Source: an uncultured Planctomycetota bacterium (GTDB lineage: Bacteria > Planctomycetota > Planctomycetia > Isosphaerales > Isosphaeraceae). From it: a stretch of DNA of 64,000 nt. The DNA lies in the NCBI GenBank assembly GCA_963845755.1, contig CAWJTV010000031.1:224001-288000 (forward strand), in the 5' to 3' direction. The notes under the pieces are model-generated. The model did not search any database. It saw nothing but the letters and a program-made list of their open reading frames with translations, and was not told the DNA's origin. This document shows, in pieces, positions 10,126-20,951 of this stretch (position 1 is the first letter of the stretch; every line of letters begins with the position of its first letter). The position numbers were made by a program, and so were the translations under genes.

Positions 10126-10994
10126 ATGAAATCAATACAGCAGAATCTTCCGACGCGATTTGGCCCGACGCGCACGTCCTGTTCGGGCTGGGCCTGGCAC
10201 TGGCGATCGGATTCCCGATTCCCGCGGAGGCCGCACCGCCCACGATCGGCGTGCTCGCGGTCAATCTCCTGGGCCAGGGCCAGTTCGGGACCATCAAAGG
10301 CCGGCTGGTCTGGGGTGGCGACGAGGCACCGCCACCCAGAGTGCTCGAGGCGGCCGGCACAGCCTCGAAGGATCCGAATGTCTGTGCCAAGAGCAAGTCG
10401 ATCCTGTCCCGCGAGGTGGTCGTCGATCCCAAGACGAAAGGCGTTTCCTACGCGTTCGCGTACCTCGTTCGACCGAAGGGCAGCAACCCGGACGCCGTGA
10501 AGAAGCTCGTTTCCCAGCATCCCAAGGTGGAGATCGACCAGCTAAACTGCGAGTTCCAGCCGTATGTCTTGCCGATGCACCAGGATCAAGCCTTGGTGAT
10601 CAAGGCCAGCGATCCTCTGATCAACCACAACGTTCGGCTCTCGCCGTTCAACCCCAACAACCCCGCCCTCAATCAGACGCTAGCACCCAACGGGAAACTG
10701 CAACTGAAAATGGTCGCCGAGCGTCTTCCGATCAAGGTCGTCTGCGACATACATTCATGGATGAAGTGCTACGTCATGGTTTTCGACCATCCTTTCTTCG
10801 CAACGACGGCCTCAGACGGCTCATTCGAGATCACAGGAGTGCCCGCGGGGACCCAGAACATCGTCCTCTGGCAGGAGAAGGTCGGTTACGTCACGACGGG
10901 AGGGGGCCGCGGCATGGCGGTCGAGGTCAAGGCCGGCGAGGTGATTGACCTTGGTGAGATCAAGCTCGACCCTGTCAAGGCCGGCAAGCCATAA
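10126..10994 (+). CDS. Second cupredoxin-like/carboxypeptidase-regulatory-like protein (paralogue); frameshift near 10170
   Basis: IDQLNCEFQPY, HNV, CDIHSWM, HPFFATTASDGSFEITGVPAG; signal peptide HVLFGLGLALAIG lies in the 10251 frame. Confidence 0.78.
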
Positions 10995-11003
10995 GGTTCG
11001 CCC

Positions 11004-11258
11004 GTGAGCAAGGACCGCGCCCGTCGCAAGAAACGCCGGCGACCTTCCGAGGTTCAGACCGCAAAGGCGGTGCAACCCATCCCCCGGCCTGGGCGCTACC
11101 GCGCCGGTCGCGTGCTCCAGTTCGTCGGACTGATGATCCTCCCATTCGGCATCGCGTCCGAGCTGGTTGGTCGGGTTGGCCTGGGTCAGTCCTTGCTCAT
11201 CGCCGGAGCCGGTGCGCTCATCTTCTACGCAGGGTACGTGATCCAGAATCGAGCCTGA
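11004..11258 (+). CDS. Small basic membrane protein (2 TM)
   Basis: Basic N-terminus then GRVLQFVGLMILPFGI...LIFYAGYVIQ. Confidence 0.7.
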   Translation: MSKDRARRKKRRRPSEVQTAKAVQPIPRPGRYRAGRVLQFVGLMILPFGIASELVGRVGLGQSLLIAGAGALIFYAGYVIQNRA

Positions 11259-11929
11259 CAGGGCAGGGGTCAGCCGGAGAATCCCGCACGGGGTCCGGGT
11301 CCGGTGCTCACAACGCACTCTGCCCAGATTGAGGGGACTCCGCCACGCTCACTCCACCCATTCGCGTCATTCGCTGCACACTTTCTGGGCAGTCGAAGAC
11401 CGTGGCCGCGTGCGATTTGACAGGAGATGATGGCCGGCACGGAACCCGCGCCTTACAATCAGGAGAGGGGCCGAAGGTCGAGGGGATGTCGCTCACTCTG
11501 GGAGGGAAGCGGCGCCTTGCGTAAGCGGGGCCTCGGGAGAATGACGAGAATGGGACGTCGGCCCCAGGCGGGTGCTTGGAGATTCTCGAAGGTTGGGGTT
11601 TGGTATTGGATTTGCCTTGCAGGGACGAGACATCTTAGTGTCCAATTGGAGAAGGGATGAGGAAGCCTGGCGAAGTCTCAGGCACGTCAAGTCGATCCTG
11701 ATCCTCGGAGCTCCGATAATCGGGAGCCCTTGATGATCCTCCATCGGGACGATGGTCGGTCCTGACTCCAAGAACGGAGCTCGCTGGGATGAGGACTCCG
11801 GCCAGCAAATCAGTCGGGCTTTTCAGACCCCGGGTTCATCGTTCCATCGCGAGGTTCCCAACGAAGGGTGTGGATCACGGGTTCGGCGGTCCCCTCAGCG
11901 TGGACGACCGGCCGAGGAGGGGGGAGGAC

Positions 11930-14900
11930 ATGGGCGGCTTCCGATCGGTCGGGATCGATCGGCCCGGACGAATGGGCCGCGTTGCTCGCGTATGGTTCGC
12001 TGGCTGGCTGGCTGGCGTCCTGGGAGTCATCGTGGTGACGGGGGGCCTTGTCCGCGCCCAGGGTCCGGTACGGAACGCATCCCCATTTACGCCCGATTCT
12101 AGCGACGACGCCGAACGGTCGCTCCGAAATGCCGCGTCCCACGTCCGGGAAGGCCAGTGGTCCGAAGCGATCGACATCTATCAGCGCGTGATCGAGCGAT
12201 ATCGCGACAAGGTCGCGAAGCTCCCGAAGACGGAAGCCGTAGGGGAGGTCGCGGGCGAATTCACCTTGTACGTCAACGACCGCGAGTTCTGTCATCGCTG
12301 CCTGGCCCGGTTGCCGGGGGAGGCGCAGACAGATCTACCGCAACCGCGTCAACGGTCTGGCCGAGCGGTGGTATCGCGAGGGCGCGGCCCGTCGTGACAT
12401 GACCTTGCTGCGCCGGGTCGTCCAGGAGGCGTTCTGTAGCTCCTGGGGAGACGACGCCATGGAGTTGCTGGGCGACCTGGCGTTCCAGGAGGGTCGCTTT
12501 GGCGAGGCGCTGGCGATGTACGGACTCCTGGTCGCGGACCGACCGGGCGACCTTCATACCTTGATCCACCCGGACCCGTCGGTGAATCTGGCCGCGGTCG
12601 CGGCCAAGAAGTGGCTCTGTCGGGCCGCAGAGGAGACCCCGCCCACCCCGGCCGATCTGAAAGACTATGCCCGGCGGTATCCCGGCGCGGCCGGTGAGCT
12701 GGCCGGCCGGAGGGGGAACTATGCGGAAATCCTGGCCGAGTCGCTGGCGTCCGATCACCTCGAGCCGCCCGGGCAGCCCGACAGCCGATGGCCGACGTTC
12801 GCCGGCTCGCTGAAACGGACGCGGATTGTGCCCAACCCGATCGACGTCGGCCAGATTCAGTGGCATGTCAACCTGGAGAAGGTCCCGACGGCGCGGATCG
12901 GCCCGGCATTTGGTCAGCGGCCGAGTCCGGCGGCGAGCCAGGCCGAGCCGGAGCGGCTGCTGGCCTTTCACCCCATTGTCCTGGGCGACCAGGTTGTGGT
13001 CGCCGATGGCTCGCGGGTCGTGGCCTACGGCCTCAACGACCGGCCCGACAACGCCGATGCCGGCGAAACCCGGATGGTCAGCCCGGCCTGGAAGTACGAC
13101 CCGGACAACGGTGGCGCCGTACCCCAAGCCTCCCGGCACGCTGCGGCGATCCCCCGATATACGCTCACGGCGGTGGGCCACAGGATCTATGCCCGAATGG
13201 GAGTCCCCAGCGCCCCCTCTTACATGAGGATGCGCGGGGGCATCACCATCAGCGAGACCGGGAGCAGTTCCATCGTCGCGCTCGACTGGAACACGCAGGG
13301 GAAGCTCCTCTGGGAAGTGAAATCCACCAGCCTGGAGCTACCGAATCGACCGGCCAACTCCCGGTCGGTCAACTTCGAGGGGAGCCCGGTTGCCGACGCG
13401 AAGAATGTCTGCGTCGGCGTCACCGACCGCACTTCGGAGACGCTCGTCTATATCGCATGCTTCGACGCCGAGACCGGCTCGAAGCGATGGATCCGTTATC
13501 TCGGGACGGCGCGGCCGGAGATCGAGCCGTTCCAGGGCTTCGGGCCCATGAACTGGGCCACGACGGCGACCAGTGACTATCACCACCGACTGCTCTCGCT
13601 CGACGGGCCCACCTTGTACTACTTGACGAACCTGGGTGCCGTGGCGGCACTCGACGTCGAGACCGGTGCGACCCGATGGGTGACCACTTATCCCCGCCAG
13701 GAGAACAATCCGGGCGGTCAGCCGAGCGATCGCGACCTGAACCCCGCGCTGATCCACGACGGCCGCGTCATCGTCGCGCCGAGCGACGCCAATGCAATCT
13801 TCGCGTTCGATGCCGTCTCCGGCCGGCTGCTCTGGAAGACCGATCCCATTCCCGACGACGTCAAGCTCGCGCACATCCTGGGCGTGGCCAAGGGGCGGCT
13901 GGTGGCCACCGGCGATCGCGTGCTGATCTTCGACGTCCGCGACGGAAAGCAGCTCAACATCTGGCCCGACTCCGGGAAGAAACCCTTCCAGAGCTACGGC
14001 CGCGGGCTCCTGGCAGGCGACCTGATCTACTGGCCGACCGTGTCGGAGATCCAGATCCTGGACCAGCAGACCGGCCTGTGCACCGAACCGCCGATCAAGC
14101 TCCGGAAGACGTTCCACACCTCCGGGGGCAACCTGGTGGCCGGCGACGGCTACCTGATCGTGGCGCAGTCCGACGGGATCGTCGTCTTCTGCCAGAATAG
14201 CCGGCTGATCCAGCGCTATCGCGACGAGATCGTCCGGGCCCCCGACCGGGCGTCGAACCACTACCGCCTCGCCCGGGCGGCGGAGGCGACCGGTCGCGAG
14301 GAGATGGCGCTGGACTCCTATCGGAACGCGCTTGCGAAGGCCCAGCCGAACGAGTCGATCGACGGCATCCCACTGGCCGGTGCGTCGCGCGATCATGTGT
14401 TCCGATTGCTGATGCGGCTGGCCGGCCGGTCGCGTCACGACCGCCATTGGGAGGAGGCGATCGACCGACTCCGGACGGCGGAAGGGTTCGCGCAGGCCGG
14501 CCCCGATCGGCTGGAATCGCGGCTGCTCCTCGCGGAGATCCTGCTAGATGCGGCCCGACCACGCGACGCCGTCAACGCCTTCGAACAGGTCCTGATCGAC
14601 GAGCGGCTGCGCAACTTGCCGGTCGTCGCCCCCGACGGCCACCGGACCATCCGCGCGGACCTGATGGTCACCGACCGACTGGGCGCCATCATTCGCCGGC
14701 AAGGCCGTGAGGTCTATGACACGTTCGATCGCCAGGCGCGAGAGCTCTACCGGCGTGGGAAGACGGAGCGGGACCCGCACGTGCTTCGAGAGGTCTGCCG
14801 CGATTATCCCGTGGCGATAGTCGTGCCGGATGCCCTGGAAGAGTTAGGGGCCCTCTATGAATCGTCCGGGCGGCTGGCCGAGGCGGCCCACACCTACAAG

Positions 14901-16472
14901 CGGTTGCTCACCCTCGCCGACGACGACGCGCCACGGGCCCGCGCGATCTGGTCGATGGCGCGGGTCTATGACGCCCGGAAGCTCTTCGTCGCGGCCCGAG
15001 ACGCCTACCTCGACCTGCTGGAGCGATTCCCCAAAGTTCGATTGGAAGCGGGCACAGGACCGACCGTCGCCGAGCGAGTGGCCGAGAGGCTGGCGCCGCC
15101 GCCTTACGCGGACCTGGTCGCCGACCGGCCCCAACCGCCGATCCCGCTCCCGATGGTCCGGCGATGGCATTGGGAGTCCCCCGCAGACCGATCGGTCCGC
15201 GCCGTGGGGATCGACGGGATCGTCCCGGCGCGGGACGCCGGACGGATCGCCCTGAGCCGGCGCGATGCCTTGAGTCTCTTCGACCCCTCCAACGGCTCGG
15301 AGCGCTGGTCGGCCGAGCTGGGCTCCGGCGCGGTCTGGGCCTGCTATCTCGCCGATAAGGTGATCGCCGCCACACCGCAGCAGATCCTGGCACTGGACCT
15401 GAATCAGGGGACGGTGCAATGGCGGTACGGCCTCGACCCATCCGCCAAGGAGGCCGCGCGGCCCGATCCCTTCGCAGCCGCGGGCGAAGCCGGTGACGAG
15501 CGGCCGGAGCGGACCAGCCGGATGCTCCACAATTTCCGGATGGTCAAGGACCGCGTCTTCTGCCTCCGCGGCGCCAGCGAGCTGATCGCCATCGACGGGG
15601 ATACGGGGGCCGTCAACTGGTCGTTCTCGGCGCCGCCGGGGGAGATCAATCCTCACATCTGGGTCGGCTCCGATCGCGTCGTACTCCAGGTCAACCGCCC
15701 GAATCATTTGCTGGTGCTCCGCACCGAGGATGGGCGGCCGGTCGCGCGGTCGACCCTGGCCGAGAGTGAGAAGCTCGAACGGCCGCCACTGCCGTTGGAT
15801 GATGACTCCGTTCTCGTCGTCCTCGACCCCAGGACCGTGAAGAAGTATGAACTCAACCACGGCCAGATGGTCTGGGAATACCGCGAGAGTGAGGATTTGC
15901 CCAACAACGGCGGCCCGCCGCGATTGTTCGGTGACGTCGAACGTGTCCTCGTCTTGCATGATGGTCGGACGCTGATCCGGCTCGACCCGGCGACCGGCGC
16001 CAAGCGGTGGTCGTGCCGACTGGGGATCGAGGACATGGGCCAGCATCCCGGCGCCCTGGCCTTCGACGATCGGCGCTTCTACTGCATCTCCCGCTGGAGT
16101 TCGATCGTGACGCTCCGAGCCGTCTCTCTGACCGACGGTTCGGAGGTCTGGAGCCGGGCGTGGGACGGACCGGAGGATTCCGGTTGGTCGATTGCCCTGT
16201 CCGCGAATCACATCATCGCCTATCCGAACCACACCGGCCTGGCCGACGACGCCGAGATGGAGACGGTCCCGGTGGTCGTCCGACATCGCGAGACCGGCGC
16301 GATCGTTCAGCGGTTCCTCTTCCCGGCCAACTTCGCAGAGCCGACGCCTCGGAGCGATCCCGGCGGCGTGCTCTCGGCGACGCCCCGAGGATTCGTGACG
16401 TTCAAGATCGACCCCGTCGGGGCCCTCGTCGCGACGCCGAGGGGACTGTGGGGTCTCGGACCCAAGCGGTAG
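11930..16472 (+). CDS. Large secreted PQQ-type beta-propeller (BamB-like repeats) plus TPR protein; frameshift near 12330
   Basis: GGAGG RBS, signal peptide; repeated ALDxxTGxxxW blades (FDAETGSKRW, LDVETGATRW, FDAVSGRLLW) flanking a TPR block. Confidence 0.85.
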
Positions 16473-16606
16473 TAGGCAGCAGGTAGTAGAAGAATGAGGA
16501 TCAGTTCGACCAATCCTGTCCGGATATCTTACACCGGCTTTCATAGCTCAAGGGAAGGCGTATTCCATCTGGTACTTCCTGCCTACGACCTACTGCCTCC
16601 TGCCTC
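16468..16606. repeat. Inverted heptamer-repeat arms (AGTAGGC/GCCTACT type)
   Basis: GGTAGTAGGCAGCAGGTA matches the reverse complement of TACTTCCTGCCTACGACC at 15/18, followed by TACTGCCTCCTGCCT. Confidence 0.55.
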
Positions 16607-16623
16607 AATAAGGAGACCCGATC

Positions 16624-17702
16624 GTGAGCGACGCGACCCCCGAAGAATTCCAGCCCAGTGAAGACGACCTCGCGGCCGTGGCGCACCTCAAGAGTGCCTT
16701 CGAAAGCCTCAAGGCCGAAATGGCCAAGGTGATCGTGGGTCAGCACGCGGTCCTGGAGGAGCTGCTGATCGCCATCTTCGCCCGGGGGCACTGCCTGCTG
16801 ATCGGCGTGCCGGGGCTGGCCAAGACCTTGATGATTCACACCCTGGCCGACGCATTGAACTTGAGCTACAACCGCATCCAGTTCACACCCGATCTCATGC
16901 CTTCGGACATCACCGGCACCGAGGTGATCCAGGAAGATAAGGCTACCGGGATCCGGCAGTTCAAATTCCTGCGAGGGCCCGTGTTCGCGAACATCGTCCT
17001 GGCCGACGAGGTGAACCGAACCCCGCCCAAGACCCAGGCCGGCGCTCCTGGAAGCCATGCAAGAACGTCAAGTTACGGTGGGGGGCGAGCGCCACCGCCT
17101 TCCGGACCCGTTCTTCGTCCTGGCCACGCAGAACCCGATCGAACAGGAAGGGACGTATCCCCTGCCCGAGGCCCAACTCGACCGGTTCATGATGAATATC
17201 CGGGTCGACTACCCTTCGGAAGAGGAAGAGCTCGACATCGTGCGACTCACCACGTCGGTCCACAAGCCGGCCGTGAGCAAGGTCCTCTCGGGGGCCGATA
17301 TCCTGGCACTCCAGGAGCTGGTCCGCAAGGTGCCGATCGCCGACCATGTCTCGAGGTACGCGATCCGGCTGACCCGCAATACCCGGCGCTCGAAGGACTG
17401 CCCGGAATTCATCCGCGATTTCGTGAGCTGGGGCGCCGGCCCGCGCCAGCCAGTACCTGGTCCTGACCGCCAAGGCGCGGGCCGTTCTCCACGGACGATA
17501 CCACGTCTCCACGGACGACATCCGGTCCGTCGCGGGGCCCGTCCTTCGGCACCGGATCATCACCAACTTCAACGCCGAGGCCGAGGGCCTCAAGCCCGAC
17601 GACATTGTCATGCGCCTGATCCAGTCGATCTCCGTCGACGACCACGAGGCCGAGCAAAGTGGACGATTACCAAAAATATTTAAATCCGCAAACGCTGGCT
17701 AG
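16624..17702 (+). CDS. moxR: MoxR-family AAA+ ATPase; frameshifts near 17041 and 17445
   Basis: [73 protein letters not shown]. Confidence 0.92.
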
Positions 17703-18558
17703 CCTCGAGGGGCTGGACTTGCAGGCGCGGATGGTCGTCGAGGGTTACGTGGCCGGGATGCACCCTAGCCCGTACCACGGCTTCTCCGTCGAGTTCGCCG
17801 AACATCGCGAGTACGTCCCGGGCGACGACATCCGCCATATCGACTGGAAGGTCTGGTCGAAGACCGACAAGCTCTACTTGAAGCAATACGAGGAGGAAAC
17901 GAACCTCCTCCTGTACCTGCTGCTGGACACCAGCGAGTCGATGGGCTACGGCTCGGGCGACAATGTCACCAAGTTGCGATACGCCCAGTTCGTGGCGGCA
18001 TCCCTGTCCTACATGATCCTCCAGCAGCAGGACTCCGTGGGCCTCGTCGTCTTCGACGATGCGGTGCGACGCTACCTGAAGCCGGCGGGCCAAGCGTCGC
18101 AGCTCAAGGAATTGCTCCACATGCTCGACGTGACCCCGGCGCACGACAAGTCGGACATCGGCATGGTCCTCAACGACCTGGCGGAGCGATTCAAGAAGCG
18201 GGGCGTCGTCGCGATCCTCTCCGACCTCTTCGACGAGCCCGCGCGGATCCTCACCGGGTTGAAACACTTCCGCCATCGCCGCCACGAGGTCATCGTGTTC
18301 CACATCCTCGACCCGGCCGAAGTCGAGTTCCCGTTCCGCGCGACCACGCTATTCAAAGGGCTGGAAGGCATGCCGGAGGTCCTGACCGAGCCCCACGCCC
18401 TCCGCCGGGCCTATCGGGCCGAGCTGAGCGCGTACCTGGAGGAGCTGCAGAAAGGGTGTCGCCTCATGGATATCGATTATGTCCCACTTCGGACCGACCA
18501 GAACCTGGACGTACCGCTCTCGAGCTACCTGGCGTCGCGGGCGGCGCGGGTGCGATAG
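17659..18558 (+). CDS. DUF58 family vWA-like protein
   Basis: GFSVEFAEHREYVPGDDIRHIDWK, KQYEEETN, LDTSESM. Confidence 0.93.
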   Translation: MDDYQKYLNPQTLASLEGLDLQARMVVEGYVAGMHPSPYHGFSVEFAEHREYVPGDDIRHIDWKVWSKTDKLYLKQYEEETNLLLYLLLDTSESMGYGSGDNVTKLRYAQFVAASLSYMILQQQDSVGLVVFDDAVRRYLKPAGQASQLKELLHMLDVTPAHDKSDIGMVLNDLAERFKKRGVVAILSDLFDEPARILTGLKHFRHRRHEVIVFHILDPAEVEFPFRATTLFKGLEGMPEVLTEPHALRRAYRAELSAYLEELQKGCRLMDIDYVPLRTDQNLDVPLSSYLASRAARVR

Positions 18559-18612
18559 GTTGCAAGCTGCGAGCCAAGTCGCTTCTTCGCTCGCCAATGT
18601 AGGAGTCCCCCT

Positions 18613-20805
18613 TTGTCATTCCCGCTGATCTGGGCTCTGGGATTCGCGAATGCTCCGCTGCTCTACGGGCTGCTGGCCGCGTCCGTGCCGATCCTGATCC
18701 ACCTGCTGAACCGCCGCAAGTTCCGTGAGATCCACTGGGCGGCGATGCGGTTCCTGCTGGCGGCGATCCGCAAGAACCAGCGGCGGATCCGGATCGAGCA
18801 ATGGCTGCTGCTGGCGATCCGGACGCTGATCATCCTGCTGGTCGTGTCGGCGATGGCCAAGCCGTTCCTGGAGGCGTTCGGGATGGTAATCGCGGGCCGT
18901 AGCGTGCACCGGGTCTTGGTGCTCGACGCCTCGATGAGCATGGGATACACGTCGGCGGGGAGCAGCCGGTTCGACCAGGCCAAGGCCGTCGCGGGCCAAC
19001 TGGTCAAGGAATCGCGGCGCGGGGATGCCGTCAGCGTGATCCTGATGGGCCGGCCGCCGCAGGTGGTCATCGGCGATCCCTCCAACAACCTCAAGGAAGT
19101 CGAGAAGGAGATCGGTGAGCTGGCGATGACCCATGGCGGTGTCAACCTGGGAGCGACGTTCGAGGCGGTCGACCGGGTCCTCGAGGCGTCATCCATCAGC
19201 CAGAAGGAATTGATCTTCCTGACGGACCTCCAGGCCGCGAGCTGGCGGACTCCGAGTCAGAAGACCGAGGGGTTCAGGAGAGTCCTGGCACGGATCGAGG
19301 CGCGACAGCCCCGTTCAGTCTTGATCGACCTGGGCAAGTCGGGCGGGGAGAACCGCGCGGTCATCGACCTGAGTCTGGATGCGCCCGTCGTGACCGTCGG
19401 CGCCGACGTCCTGGTGCGGGCCGTGATCCGGAACTTCGGTGGCGGCGAGGCCCAGGGGGTCCGCGCGCGATTGACGGTGGATAGCCGGCTGGGTCCGGAG
19501 ACGACCGACGACTTGCCGCCCGCCGAGGATCATCCGGTCGTCTTCCGCCAGCGGTTCGCGACGCCGGGCGACCACGTCGTGGAACTGAACGTAGACGAAG
19601 ACCCCTTGTCCCTCGACAACCGGCGATGGCTCGTCGTCCCGGTCCGGGAGTCGCTCAATGTCCTGCTGGTCAACGGTCATTTCAAGGCGGAGCCCTACCA
19701 GGCCGAGACCGACTACCTCGCCCAGGCGTTGAGCCCCACCGAAGGCTCGCCCGGCCAGACGGGGCCGATGCACGTGGAGGTCGTCGCGGAATCGCAGCTC
19801 TCCCGCCGGGAGCTGGCCTCGTTCGACGTCATCGTCCTGTGCAACGTCGCCCAGTTTAGTGCGCCCGAAGTGACCGCCCTGGAAGACTTCTTGAAGCAGG
19901 GCGGCGGGGTCGTCATCTTCGGCGGAGACCAGGTGGTCGCCGACAATTACAATCGCCTGCTCTACGCCGACGGGAACGGCCTCCTGCCGGTCTCGCTGGG
20001 CCCCAGCCTGGGCGACGCCGCCAGGCGCGAGGCGGCCTTCGACTTCAACCCACTTGGATATCGACATCCGTTGATTTCAGAATTCCAGGGTGCGGGCGAC
20101 ACGGTCACGGCCGGGCTCACGCACGTGAAGACCTGGCAATACCACAAGCTCAAGATCCCCACGGGCTCGAAAGCCGAGGTCGCGCTGGCCTTCGAAAACG
20201 ACGATCCGGCCGTCGTGGAGGTGCCCCGTCACCGGGGGACCGTCGTCATGGTAGCCACCTCGGCCGACACCGGCTGGACGACCTGGCCGATCCACAAGAG
20301 CTATCCGCCCGTGATGCAACAGATCGTCCTCCGCGCCTCGGCCGGCCGCCTCTCGGAGAGGAATATCCGCGTCGGCCAACCCTACGACCAGTCGTTCCCG
20401 GAGGCCGGCTCGGCGGCGCCTGTGACCGTCGTCACACCCAAGGGGCAGGCCATCACGACCAAGCTTCAGCCGGCCGGCGGCGTCAGCCAGTTCCATTTCG
20501 AGCAGACCGATCTCTCGGGCCCTTATCAGGTCCGGATCGGCCCGCCCCTGGCGTTGGACTCGCCGTTTGCGGCCAACGTCAACCCGGCCGAGAGCGACCT
20601 CGCCAAGCTCGACCAGCCCACCCTGGCCGCCCTGATCCCCGACTGGAATTTCATTTATGTCTATGTCACGGATTGGAAGGACCTGATGGGGGACGCCGCC
20701 TCGGTCGGACGCCGCGGCGAGTTGCACCGGCCGATGCTCTACGCCGTCCTGGTGCTGCTCCTGGTCGAATCGTTCCTCGCCTGGAGGTTCGGGCATCACG
20801 CCTAG
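18613..20805 (+). CDS. BatA N-terminal double-TM + vWA + Ig-like + GATase-like membrane protein
   Basis: PILIHLLNRRKFREIHWAAMRFL (BatA), VLDASMSM MIDAS, LTDLQ, LKQGGGVVIFGG, C-terminal LLLVESFLA. Confidence 0.88.
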   Translation: MSFPLIWALGFANAPLLYGLLAASVPILIHLLNRRKFREIHWAAMRFLLAAIRKNQRRIRIEQWLLLAIRTLIILLVVSAMAKPFLEAFGMVIAGRSVHRVLVLDASMSMGYTSAGSSRFDQAKAVAGQLVKESRRGDAVSVILMGRPPQVVIGDPSNNLKEVEKEIGELAMTHGGVNLGATFEAVDRVLEASSISQKELIFLTDLQAASWRTPSQKTEGFRRVLARIEARQPRSVLIDLGKSGGENRAVIDLSLDAPVVTVGADVLVRAVIRNFGGGEAQGVRARLTVDSRLGPETTDDLPPAEDHPVVFRQRFATPGDHVVELNVDEDPLSLDNRRWLVVPVRESLNVLLVNGHFKAEPYQAETDYLAQALSPTEGSPGQTGPMHVEVVAESQLSRRELASFDVIVLCNVAQFSAPEVTALEDFLKQGGGVVIFGGDQVVADNYNRLLYADGNGLLPVSLGPSLGDAARREAAFDFNPLGYRHPLISEFQGAGDTVTAGLTHVKTWQYHKLKIPTGSKAEVALAFENDDPAVVEVPRHRGTVVMVATSADTGWTTWPIHKSYPPVMQQIVLRASAGRLSERNIRVGQPYDQSFPEAGSAAPVTVVTPKGQAITTKLQPAGGVSQFHFEQTDLSGPYQVRIGPPLALDSPFAANVNPAESDLAKLDQPTLAALIPDWNFIYVYVTDWKDLMGDAASVGRRGELHRPMLYAVLVLLLVESFLAWRFGHHA

Positions 20806-20831
20806 GGCGGCCCGCGAAGGGATTGCATGTA

Positions 20832-20859
20832 TTGCACAATAGAATATGAATATTACAAT
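20832..20859 (+). promoter_or_regulatory. Candidate internal sigma-70 promoter in an AT-rich island
   Basis: TTGCAC-N16-TACAAT within 20821..20880 (14 G/C in 60 nt). Confidence 0.5.
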
Positions 20860-20951
20860 AATTTATTTACCAAATTGCTTCCGATGAGGTGAAGGTTTGT
20901 TCGAGACACCTGTTATTCCACCGGTTTTCGGGTGGACGAAGGACTAAGCTC

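Noticed and set aside
11260..11929. Structured ncRNA or riboswitch in the 670-bp intergenic gap
   Set aside because: A few GC hairpins, but no recognisable family motif; TTGACA and TACAAT are 31 bp apart. An Rfam/Infernal scan would be needed.
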